DNA of 64,000 nt, taken from assembly GCF_000143415.4 (NCBI RefSeq), contig NW_003314301.1, positions 592,336 to 656,335 of the forward strand, written 5' to 3'. The notes below the pieces were generated by a model that saw only the letters and a program-made list of their open reading frames with translations, did not search any database and had not been told where the DNA came from. The position numbers and the translations under genes were made by a program. Position 1 is the stretch's first letter; every line of letters begins with the position of its first letter. Shown here one piece after another: positions 36,009-47,159 of this stretch. The DNA is from Selaginella moellendorffii. Lineage: Eukaryota > Plantae > Lycopodiophyta.

Positions 36009-36284
36009 CTTCCCTCCACAAAACCTAGATTTTAGAACCAATTTAGCCTAGATCCGAGGTATATCCCCGCCACGTCACTCTCTAAGCTCGTAACGGAAGA
36101 TCTACACCTTCCACGTGTCCAAGCCGAGTTTCGTAACGAACAATTTTTGGTATATTCTTGAGCGAGACTATTCTGATATTTGTTTGGACACATGATTTTT
36201 GTTTTCACAATGTTTAAACAATTTGACTCTTGATCCACTCATTCTCAGGCTTTGAGAATGATTCCACAATCTACTGCAATGCTT

Positions 36285-37198
36285 CTACTTTGAACTGTGC
36301 CTCTTGATCCATTCATGGTTGAGGATCTCCTTGATTACGAGCCTGTTAGCAGTCATACCCCTGATCAAATCTCGGGCTCCATCCGAGATGCCATCCCAGC
36401 AAAACACGCCGTGATGGACACCCGAGCCACTGCTTATCACGCTCTCAGATATCCTCCTCGTCTCCTCCCTGCGAAGCTTGAGAAATGGCGTTCGTGCCGT
36501 GAGACAGTGATACAAAACCATTCCCAGACCCCAAACGTCCACCGCTGGAGTGTAACATCCATCGCCTAGCATCGCCTCGGGAGCCATGTAAACCCACGTC
36601 CCGATGCCCGACACCCGCCATGGATTCGTCATACAGCACGCCAGCCCGAAATCGCACAGCTTGGGCACACAGCAGTCATGGTTTGATTCTCGATCAGCCA
36701 GCAACACATTCTCCGGCTTCACGTCGCAGTGGATGAAGCCTTCCTCGTGAACTTGTCCCAGTGTCTTTGCGAGCGGCGCGATGATCTTTGCGGCTTCATG
36801 CTCGCCTAGAACGCCCTTCAGCGAGATCCGCTCGTAGAGGTTATAGTCGCAGAGCTCAAGAACAAGGTCCCGGACTTGCTTGCGATCGGGCAAGCGATCG
36901 GTGTTGGAATACCCCAGGGTCGCCAACGTTCGATCCTCCCGATCGAAATATCCATCGCCACTGTCAAGGATCGTCTTCACGGCAAAAGCTTGTCCATCTT
37001 TCCTGCGCAGAACTTTGAACACGCTGGCCTGGCCTCCGATCCGAATCCGATTATCTTCTCCACCTGGTATTTTTCCGCCAGAGCTGGGTATTCGTTGCGA
37101 AGCTTGTCGACGCCCAGCCACGAGTGTAGCTTCTGGGTTTTCTTGGGTGGGCATAGGTATTCCTCCACCGCCGGGCGCTTGAGAGTGATCGCATCCAT
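36285..37198 (-). pseudogene. Intronless CAMK-group (PPCK-like) kinase, frameshifted
   Basis: KYQVEKIIGFGSEA is in one frame and SVFKVLRRKDGQAFAVK..HCDVKPEN..DFG..APE..DVWGLG in another. A 5-bp tandem duplication (ctggc x2, 37024-37033) explains the shift. Confidence 0.85.
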
Positions 37199-37329
37199 CT
37201 CTTCGATCGATAGATAGGAAAAAAAAAAGAAAACGAAGAATATACCTGGAATGTACTGATTCTGAATAAAAATAATGTACTGTACTAATCGCGGTTAGAC
37301 CCCCTTTCAATCGCGGCCATCAAGAAGAA

Positions 37330-37960
37330 GGCGCCTTGATCAGATATTATTTGGTAAGAACGGTTTGTCTCCCACTCGCAACACCAGGGACGAGTTGAAA
37401 GCGTGTTGGCCAGTCTCCAGGCCTTGCTCATCTTCTCGAAGGATCCCAAAAGCAGATCATCCGTCGAGACATCAGAGCAAGCGATATCCTTCTCGATCAT
37501 AACATCCAAAAATCGAATCTCCAAACTCTTCAACCAAGAGAGGGATTTACGAGCACTGTGGCTGCCAGAACATTGTAAGGCCAGTTTCTTCTCCTTATAT
37601 TTCGATCTCTTTGCAGGGGATATCTCGCTCCAAAGTATGTGCTCGCTGACTGTCAAAGTATCGCTTTTGGAATCCTGGAGATTGCCACCGGACAAAGATG
37701 CAGGGACCGAAACGATGGCCCTCCACTGCACAATCCGTGCAAGGGAAAGTCGAATCTGACTGCACCACCGCTTTCGGGTCCGCCCCTGTCGCTACAGAGA
37801 TCGCTGAAACTAAAAGACAACTCTAAGAAATCTTGCGAGTTATCCCAAGAGATCATCCATACTATCCGGCTACAAGCAAGTCACAATTCGCTCCCAGATC
37901 CGAGATTTTATCTCAGCAGCAACCATACATATAGTTCTCGCTTGTTGAAAACGTTCGAGC
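37330..37960 (+). pseudogene. Decayed partial copy of the neighbouring CRK kinase exons/introns
   Basis: Colinear similarity to 33465-34290 (e.g. gaaggatcccaaaagcagatcatcc, ctccaaactcttcaaccaagaga, tgtaaggccagtttctt) with many small deletions. Confidence 0.9.
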
Positions 37961-38178
37961 GGGCTACGGAATCATTTAAATGATATGGTCAACTAAATCA
38001 TCTAAAAACTCTTGCCACCTTACATTTCATATGAATAAGGGTATTTGTTGCGAAACTAGTCCAGCACCAAGTGTAGCTGCAAGTCTCTCTTGGAAAAAAA
38101 AACAATGTATGTATATCATCGCAGCCGTTCGTTAAGCCCTATCCAATCACGGCCACTTATAACTCGTTCTAGAAGATC

Positions 38179-39624
38179 TCATGTAGTTTTGGCGTCCAGG
38201 CACTCGTAGAAGAGGATGTAACCATGATCCGTGTTGTTGGAGTACTCCTGCGTGGATCCAAAGAAAGTTTGCACGTACGTCTCGTCGATGATCTCTACGT
38301 TCTCGTCGTCGAAAAACAGCCAGTGGCTGTGGCTCTTGACGAGGCTGACATAGTGGCCGTGATTCGGACCGCTGCCGACGTGAACCACCACCGCAAACAG
38401 CGAGTACTCGGACTCGGAGCCTGGAGCATCGTCGGTGGTGTTGCAAAGCTTGAGCTCCAGCGGAAAGACCACTCTGTACGAGAGTTTCTTGTATCGGCCC
38501 AGTTGCTCTATGTACTTGAAGCGTTTGAGGTGCAGGGCGAGGATCCGAGGCGGTGTTTTGATCTTCATCCTCTTTTGAGCCTCCTGCAAGCTGGGAGGTG
38601 GTCAGAAACGAAGAGAAGCGAAGAAACGGTGATGGATGAAATTGAGTTTTACCTGCAGCATTTGTCGCAGAAGAACTTGTCCTCGGCGTTTAGCGTCTCG
38701 GTGGAGCTGAAGTTGCGAAGGCAGCTGGTGATGGAGCTGTTTTGCTCGATGTCTAAGCTCAAGTCGAGAAACTTCTCGTCCCGCGCTGTGATCGTCTCGC
38801 ACCGTAAGCACCTCGTCTCGTTTGTGAGGAATCCCTGAGGATTCAAAGCAAAGAGCTCGTTTATTTCCTACTGGATGGAAACAAGAGAAGAAGAGAACTG
38901 GACCTGGAAGATTTTGTGAACCCAAGTAAGCGGATGATCTTGGTCTGCTGCTGTTCCATTGGCCACACCGTTTTCTTTTTTCTCGGCAGGTTTCAGATTT
39001 CCCGAGGCTGTCCGTCCCGACTTGGCCTCCTTCTCCAAAGTCTCAACTAATTCATTCAGCAAAAAGTTTAGAAACTCGTGTGCGTCCTGCCAGCGTAGTG
39101 TTGGACTTCTTTTACCAGAGGAAAAAAAAAGAGAACGCAAAGGAAAACCAAAGATCACGAACCCGCTCTTTTCTCGTACGTACCTGGTGCATGTAGCTCC
39201 GGAAGAGCTCGTTTTGTTTCTTCACTCGCTGCACGAATCGCTTTGGAGCTATAACACCCGTTTTCTTCTTCTGGGAGTTTATCTGCAAAAGAAGAAAAAA
39301 GAATGGAATGATCACGAAAATGCCCCAGAGATTTCTTACCTGCGAGAAGAGGTCTGCAAGGCAAGTGAGCAAATTCTCTTCCGGCTCTCCGCTGGATTTC
39401 GTCCGGCTGTAGTACTCTAGCAGCTGATCCCGGAATGGGACACAAAAGTACAGTGCCTAGACGCGAGGAATTCAGAGAAGTGCCTATAGAAGACGCTAGA
39501 ATCAAACCTGGAGAACGCTGTTGCAATAGCAAGTGTTGCCAAAGTTTTCCAGCCCAAAGTACCTCTCCCCCTCTGGGAATTGGTCCCCCAGCGCCTTCTC
39601 CAGCTTGGAGCCCGTTGCTCCCAT
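38179..39624 (-). CDS. UBP3: Ubiquitin-specific protease UBP3/UBP4 (USP12/46 clade); multi-exon
   Basis: [39 protein letters not shown]; [14 protein letters not shown]; [16 protein letters not shown]. Confidence 0.96.
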
Positions 39625-40007
39625 CGAGAAAGTGCCTAGCCCTAATTTCTAAAATGCGTAGTTCAAAGGGGAAAAGAAGATAAAAGTACATTTGCTATTG
39701 AATATTCGCAGAATATTAGTTAGGGTTCTTATAATCACAATTTAGGGTTCCTAGGGTTTGCATTTCTTAACTAGATCGAATTGATGGAGCCTCCTCAATG
39801 TTCTAAAGCAATATAGGGAAGAAAAATATATCTTAGTGAAACATCAGATTTTCATTATAGAGATTCCTGAACGTAATTTGGGCCTTGGAAAGACCTAAGT
39901 TCATGCAATGAAAATTTGATGTTCGAAATCATTTTCGAAATTTAGGGCTGGGCGCTTTAGAAATTTTTTCTTTTGTAAAGAATTGGCATGGACAACAAAT
40001 CGGTTCG

Positions 40008-41913
40008 TCACCTCACGTCTTGAATGCACGCCCCCCTGTGGCTAATTGGAATGTCACATTTGCTGCCACTGCTAGAATTTGGGATGTAAACTCCTGTCCC
40101 GGGCCTGCTCGCTTGCTGCCAGGAGGACGATTGAGCGGAGGAGCTTTGCGTTGCCGACGAAACTGTGGATGGTGGCTGCTTCGATCCTCCAGAAGCGCTG
40201 GAGCTGGACTGCTGCTGAGCATGCTTGGCTGACAACACCGGCTTTGAGGGAGGAGCCGTCGCCTCTTGGCATTGCTGTTCTAGGCCGAGGAACACGAGGA
40301 TGCGCTTGAATCGGTTACTAGCAACGGCGTATGCAATCTCATTGCCCGCAGCAGCGTTCTGTTCGAATTTAAGCACGGATCTAGAGATGAGAACAAGCAA
40401 AGTCAGCCACTTGGGAGTATAGTTTGACTTGGTCATGCATACCCGGCTTCAAGTGTCACTTGGCCGATGGCCTTGCCGCTTACTACGAAAGGGTCCGCCA
40501 ACAAGGAGACAAGGCACAGCGGCTGCACGGCCGTGTCCTTTTCTTCAATGGATAGAGATTTTCCCTGATGATGCAAGCGTGGAAAAATTTAGAAGAGAAA
40601 AACACATGGGATCAGACCTCGTCAATAGCATGGAACATGAAAAAGTTTGGCCGCACTTCGCCGGGAAAAATTCCACGTCCTTGACCAGAGAGGTAGTCCA
40701 TCATGGAATGCACCAATTCTGGTATTGACCGCGGGGTTTTCTCTGCAAGAAAAAGCAACAATCAGATTCAATCTGGACTTTGCTTGTTGTGCTTACTGTT
40801 CGTCGCCGTCTCTTGGGAGGTTTTTAACTTCCCACGTATGCAGTTGTGATCGCCTGAGTGGAACATACACGACATTAGTAAATAGACGAAATCGAGAAAT
40901 GCCTGGCGATGCCAGTGTACAAAAGTAACAAAACAAAACGAGAGCACATACCTGTAGTTGTCCTGCCCAAGATCTCAGTTGCCGAGTGCTCCATTTGAGC
41001 TCTTTTAACTTCACCGAACACGTGATTGCACACCTGGCCCCCAGAATTATGTGTTAGTGAACGAGCCCATTTCGTCACAAAGACATTTCATAACTGTACC
41101 TTCTGGCTACGCTCAACAACTGCAGCTTGTTTGTCGGCCTGTGCTTCTTTAACGCGTGATGACTCTGGAAAAGAAAAATTCAACACCACAGCACATTCAA
41201 CACCCACACAAATCAAACACTTTCTGCCAAATACCAACTTGATCACACTTACCACCTTGGAGGCTCTCGTTGACATTGCTGCTAGGCGGGTCCTCATCAC
41301 GCTGTTGCGAGTCGGGAGAAACACTCGCAGATGAAATGTCGGCCACAGTCTCCTTGCTCTCTTCAGCGTCTACTTCTGTCGAGTCCGGCTCCTTCTTCCC
41401 GATTGGATCACTTGGAGGTGGCGGTGGCGGTGGCGGTGGGACGTTAACTCTTCCCTTCGGAAGTGGTCGTCTCGAGCCGGAAAAGTCTCTACGTGGGTGA
41501 CCACCACTGTTGTTGATCTGCGCGTAAGGCTTTTGCTGCATCGCGGGCACCTTTGCATTGCCATTGAGAGGCATTTGCTGCTGCTGCTGCTGCTTTCGCG
41601 TCAGTACTTGTTGGAGAGAAAAGAGCACCTCCGCCACCGAGAAGTACTGTTGCATATGAAGAACGCCGTTCCAGCTAAAGCGGCGCTGCTGGATGGATCC
41701 AAGAACAAAGTCGTATTCGCCGGGCGCTCCAATCAGGTGCAAATGCTGGCACAGGGAATCGATGATGGCGTTGGCCGCCGCAAATTCCCCTCGCAGCCAT
41801 CCAATAAACGCGTCCCGCTGATCGGGAACCCAGTGCCTCTGGTGGTGAGGAACGCTGCTCTTGTCGATCGTGCCGGGAGGGAACTCCCCGAGCTTCGGTG
41901 GCGGTACGGCCAT
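40008..41913 (-). CDS. ALKBH10-like protein with a degenerate 2OG-Fe(II) domain; multi-exon
   Basis: RDAFIGWLRGEFAAANAIIDSLCQHL..QQRRFSWNGVLHMQQYFSVAEV is the ALKBH10 N-terminal signature. Later exons are colinear but divergent. Confidence 0.82.
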
Positions 41914-42464
41914 GGACACGAAAACTGCTTGCGCTCGCTCTAGTCACAGAAAGGGAACCTCTCACACTCGAAAAGCCTGCGAGCAACAAAATCCACAGCG
42001 TCAGCTCACGATTCCCACATACATTGCATGAAATTCTCGTCGCTCCAAGCCACAAATGCGCACGCTGCCACGCTGCCGTGGCTCGATCGTCACAGATTGT
42101 GGCGATCCACACCAAAACCTCGCGTATTTCGATGCGGCGCATGCAAATGCGGCGCCGGGAGGGGCCGAAATATCGCGAATCGGACAGACCTAGCTAGGAT
42201 CTAGACGCGAAATCCCTCGCAAGCACAGAAACTCGAGCAAGAAAGATCGAGGAGGCCTTACATTGAGCGATGGCGCATCCGCAACTCCAGCCATAGACGA
42301 CCTATGCGCGCTCCAGCTCCAGAGCGCCAGCGCCAGCGCCAGCGCCTTCGCTCTTCAAACGGGAAGACAAAATAAAAAAATTAGGAGTGAGAGTAGCTAG
42401 CGAGCAAAGCTCTGTCAAGCTCTGTCACGTTACACCGCCCCGTCCGTCTCTTTAACGGAGATTG

Positions 42465-42525
42465 TCCTGTCAAGTGCCAGAATATCCATGTTAGTCCTGT
42501 CACGTGCCGGAATATCCCATGTTAA
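42465..42525. repeat. ~30-bp tandem duplication in the ALKBH10-like/Trx f intergenic region
   Basis: tcctgtcaagtgccagaatatccatgttag versus tcctgtcacgtgccggaatatcccatgttaag. Confidence 0.8.
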
Positions 42526-42662
42526 GAATGTTGGGTACCAAGCCACGACGCCACAAAACTTGTCCAAATACATTTGCGCGTCTTTGGCACTAATGAATCA
42601 TATTTAATTTACAGCGACACCCGTACGGCCCGTGATCTTTTTTCCTTGCTCGCGTGATCAGC

Positions 42663-43338
42663 TCAGCCCGTCCGTACAGTGTCGATGGTTCGAACGAGAT
42701 CATCGAATTTGGCACCGGCGATCTCTGCCACGATCTTTTTGTGCTTGAGTATCTTGAACGTGGGCACAACTCGTATGCCGAGCTCTTTGGCAAGCGGCTA
42801 GAGAAAAAAAAAAGAAAAAAAAGAAAAAAAAAAGAGTTAAAATTCCATTCCACACACAAAGAAATGATAAAACTTGCCTTGTTCTCTTGGTTGCAATCCA
42901 GCTTGAGAAACATCACGTCCGAGTATCTGGAAGAGAGCTCCACGATCTTTGGAAACATCATTTTGCAAGGGCCACACCTAAAGAGCGGAAAAAAAGCGTT
43001 TTTCTGTGTCAAGCTTCCGGAAAAGAAGGGAGAGAAGTTTACCATTGGGTGTACATGTCGAGCACCACGACCTTGTCCCCAGCTCCATCAACGAGCGGCC
43101 AGAAGCTATCCTTGTCCACCTCTGTAACACCACTCGAGGAAGATTGGCCGCTCGTCACAACAGTGGTAGAGCCGGATCCCTGTTGCATTGCTGCCACCAG
43201 AGTTTTTGGCCAGAGAGATCTGGACGAGCAGCTCGATCTCGCTACGCCCAGCGAAGATTTTAGAGCCCCCAAACTTGTAGCAGCAGCAGCAGCTGTGGCT
43301 GTCGCTCCAGCTCCTGGAGTTGAAGCGAGAAGAGCCAT
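42663..43338 (-). CDS. TRXF: Thioredoxin f (plastid), 3 exons
   Basis: Transit peptide; VTEVDKDSFWPLV..DMYTQW | CGPCK; FLKLDCNQENK | PLAKELGIRVVPTFKI. Confidence 0.95.
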
Positions 43339-44276
43339 AGCTGCAATCCAACACCACGCAACTCAGCACATCTTTCTTCCTTCTTTCCACTTGGTTTTAG
43401 ATTTGGATCACCTGGCTCCAAAGATCTTCTTCATCACCTGAGGGCCTCGCAGCATATTCACTTTGCTCTTCGAGATTCGCGAGAGAACAAGTGGCTCGCG
43501 TTGCCGGATCGTATTCCGACGTGGAAGATCACCCTCCACACACGCAAATCTGTGACTTTTGTGCCTTGATCAATCTATATGAGAGTTTCGTTTCCTCAGA
43601 ACTCCTTTAACTTTGAGCTCAAGCACGTAAGTACCTGAAAGAGTTCTTCCAAAGTTCCGTGCCAGTGAACTCTAGCTGTCCGCTTGTTTTCTCTTTGTTT
43701 TTCTTGCTTCAAGCTTCTTCGAAACAAATTCCTGGATCGCGGATCAAGTCACACAAACCGTGAACTTTGGAGAGAAAAATGCGCAAGTATACCGACAATA
43801 AGTAGCTTAGCAGTTCATTGTACAGGTACTGTGAGTGTACAGGTACTCAAGTGTGTGTACACCAACCAGACTCTCAGGAGCGGAGTAAACTTAAGGTTCC
43901 TAGACAGGGGTACTTAAATATTTGAGTGTAATCCGCCCCCACTGTGAAAGCGTGTGCAAACTCTGTAAGATGACTGTGATTGCCAAACAGGAAGGAAGAC
44001 AAACGAGGAAAGCGAAAGCGAAATCGAAAGGAAAAAAGAAATGAAAAACCAACGTCGATGCGATGAAGATCAAGAGGAGGATGCAGTAGAAGAGCTAGAT
44101 GAAATGGAGGAGACTTACTTCACCACGAGACCACCAAGTTAAAGCATAGTAAAGTACTTGCCATGAACTAAAAACAGTCCAAGCTGAGAAGTGGTACATC
44201 ACGGAGCTCTGGTCGATCGATCATCTGTGTGTGTGTGGTGAAGTGTGTGCTCTCTCCCTGTGCCTGTACTTATTCT

Positions 44277-45200
44277 TTAAAAGCGAGTGGGTGTTTTGGC
44301 CTTCTCAACGAGCACGATCCGTCCATTCCACTCTGTCTGATCCAAAGCCTCGATAGCAGCATCTGCATCCTCGTCGCGTTCTAGAGTCAAGAACCCAAAA
44401 CCCCGAGACTCCCCCGTCCTGGGAAAAAGTGATTCGAGTCAGATAAACACATTTTTTACCACATAAAAAAAAAAGAAAAGAAACCAACCTCTTGTCTCGC
44501 ACTATGCGAACGTCCTTGACTTTGCCGAACTTTGAGAACTTCCTCTCCAGATCCTTCTCCGTGGTGATGAAGTTGAAACCAGCGATGAACAAGTTGTTTC
44601 CTGGTTCTCCCAGGCCATTGGTTCGATCCGCCGGAGGAGTCCATGGTCGGCGCCGCGGCGATCGTCTCGATCGGTAGCGCGGAGGAGAGCTCCTCCTCCT
44701 CGAGTAACGTTCCCTGTGATCACAACCAAACAAACCATAAGTTCCATATTCTCTATTGCTATGATTTACCTTGGAGAGTAGCCCCGTCGTGGAGATCTCC
44801 GGCTGTAAGGACTCCTGGAGCGCGATCGATAGCGTCCCCTGTGCGCCGGGGAGCGAGATCGCGACACCGAGCGGCGCCTTTTCGGGGAATACGAGCGCCT
44901 CCGCCTGGGGGAATACGAAGGCGATCTTCTCGCCGGAGACCTGGAAGAGCGCTTCCTGACTGGAGATCTGGAAGGAGAGCGCGATTTCCCCCGCACGGGC
45001 GACCTAGATCTGCTCCTGGAGCGCGACGCCGGCGACCGGGACCTGGAACGATCCCGATCTCTCACAGGAGATTTCGAATAACTGCGGCGAGGCGAGCGCG
45101 ATAACGATCGACTGCGGTGCTTGGCGGCGGCGTGGCCATTGGAAGACGCTGGCTCCGGGGCGGCTCCCTCGCGAGGAGATGGGGAAGAGGACGGCGCCAT
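44277..45200 (-). CDS. RS-rich RRM splicing factor (SR45a/Tra2-like), 3 coding exons
   Basis: Long RS/SP N-terminus; PGNNLFIAGF (RNP2); RGFGFL (RNP1); DADAAIEALDQTEWNGRIVLVEKAK. Confidence 0.9.
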
Positions 45201-45300
45201 AGCCAGAGCTAGGGTTTATCTTTACCCTAAAGCTCTAGAGTTCCATCGCTTTTACGTGGGGGTTTATTGACGGTCGTGACGTGGCAAGGGTTCATATGGC

Positions 45301-46362
45301 ATGGGCTTTTTCTTCCAGCGCCATTGCTGCTCCTGCGCGTGGCTGTCGAGCTACGATCGAGTGCAATGCATCGCCGTCGCGCTGATCTACATCCAGGTTT
45401 GGCTCTCTCCTCGATCTTCTTCGCCTGGCATCGCAGGTTCTTGCTCAATCGATCGATCTCCTCTCTCTTCTCTTTCTTTGCCCTCGCATTCGCATAGCCG
45501 ACCGCGTTCTTGCCCTCCTCCGATGTTTTCCCATTGATCGATCATAGCTGTCGGTGCATCGTGTTCTTGGTCGATATTTCGCGAAATCCCTCTCGATCGA
45601 GCATGGAAATCTCTTCTCTCCTTCACAGATCCTCCGTTTTCGCAGATTCTTTGCGCTGTTATCGGCTCGTTGGGAGCCACATACGCTGGAGTCGCGGTCG
45701 CGAATTTGGCAGTAGCACTCTTCGCGTTGGTAGCAGTGGAGAGTGGCAGCCAAAACCTGGGACGAACCTATGCCGGTTTGCTCGCCTGCGCTCTTCTTCT
45801 AGACGTTGCTTGGCTCGTCCTCTTCACTCGTGATATATGGTAAGAACTGCGTTCTCTTTGATCTTCTAGAGTTGATATATCGTTTAAACCTCTTGCCAGG
45901 CACATCGCCAAGGATCCAGACGCTGGATCATACGTGAAGTTCTCAGTGATGGCCGTCCTGTCGATGGAAATCGCGGGGTTCGTGGTGCGCTTCTTCTCGG
46001 CTTTCCTTTGGGTGCAAATGTACAGGCTCGGCGCGTCCAGGGACTTGACAGGGCTCTACCACCACATTGATTTCGGAGGGATCGGAACTGTGGGTTTCAC
46101 GACACCGCTCGCCAGCCCCGCGCCATCTCGCCAAGTTTCTGGGAAAGAAGACATTGTTGGTGGCTCCATCTACAACCCCGCGTACTATTCTTCGCTCTTC
46201 CAGCCCGCTGGAACACTGGCAGAAGCAAACGTCGAGGTAAAAATCCTCTTTTTTCTCTCGAATTCTCGTGGTTTGATCACTGGTGTTTGCTAGATCGTGG
46301 AGGAGAAAACCAATGGAGACATGGCTACCGCGCTAGCTTCTTGTCCAAGTGAGCGATTGTAA
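45301..46362 (+). CDS. Conserved plant multi-pass membrane protein (At1g55535-like); multi-exon
   Basis: WLSSYDRVQCIAVALIYIQ | LCAVIGSLGATYAGV..ALFALVAVESGSQNLGRTYA..LDVAW | RFFSAFLWVQMYRLG..GGSIYNPAYYSSLF. Confidence 0.82.
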
Positions 46363-46522
46363 AGATGGTGGTCTTCTTCGAGGTAGCTTATAGATTCGTT
46401 TGATTTTCATGGTTTGATCGTTGGTGTTTGCTAGATCGTGGAGGAGAAATCAAAAGGAGACACGGCTTAGCGCGCTAGCAAGTGAGCGATTGTAAAGATG
46501 GTGGTCTTCGAGGTATCTTATA
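46270..46522 (+). repeat. Tandem duplication of the terminal exon with its acceptor
   Basis: 46270-46392 resembles 46410-46522; both contain ggtgtttgctag|atcgtggaggagaaa...gagcgattgtaaagatggtggtctt. Confidence 0.92.
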
Positions 46523-46584
46523 AGTTTGTTTATTCGCACACCACACGATGATAGTAGGGAGGGGCACAAGTCAGTAGTGATCGA

Positions 46585-47061
46585 TCACTCAAGGCTGGAG
46601 AGTTTGCGCTTGAGCAAAGGTCCCGGATTGCTGGAAGACCCTCGCAAGAAGCAGTCGATCGAGTAGAGCGAGAGGGAGAGATTGACCTCGTCTCTCCCCC
46701 ACGTCGATCGGGGCTGGGACTGGCAGCAATTCCTCTTGAGCATAGGGCCCAAGTGGAGGAAGAAGAAGCGGCGGAAGCCCCCGAGCGATTCCACCACGGC
46801 TCTGATCTGCTGCGCGGAAGAACACGCCGGCACGGGGCCGGATCCCAGTGGGTTCTTGTGGCCGCTGGATCGCCGGCTGCGCTTGGCGGCGGCGGCGGGC
46901 CAGTGGAGGATGCACAGCGATTCCCACAGCTTCTCGTGCCGCGCCACGCCGCTCCATTGCTTGCTCACGCACGAGACCCTAGCCAAGGAGAAGGCATCCA
47001 GATGCTTGAATACCTCGAGGAGCATGTCGTCGTGGATGGGATTGTGTCGCGGGGTCCCCAT
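46585..47061 (-). CDS. GID2: F-box protein GID2/SLY1 (gibberellin signalling), intronless
   Basis: F-box (DDMLLEVFKHLD..VSCVSKQW..LWE), GGF motif (VVESLGGFRR) and LSL motif (WGRDEVNLSLSLYSI). Confidence 0.92.
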   Translation of the reverse strand: MGTPRHNPIHDDMLLEVFKHLDAFSLARVSCVSKQWSGVARHEKLWESLCILHWPAAAAKRSRRSSGHKNPLGSGPVPACSSAQQIRAVVESLGGFRRFFFLHLGPMLKRNCCQSQPRSTWGRDEVNLSLSLYSIDCFLRGSSSNPGPLLKRKLSSLE

Positions 47062-47159
47062 TCCCGGGCGATGGACGATCCGGAAAGCTCTTTCTTTCCC
47101 CCTTATCGCGAAATTTAGGGTTCTTGGGCGGATTTTAGGGCTGCTTTGTTTTTGGCGCC

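Noticed and set aside
42012-42021. TCCCACAT resembling the snRNA USE promoter element
   Set aside because: No correctly spaced TATA box and no recognisable snRNA downstream.
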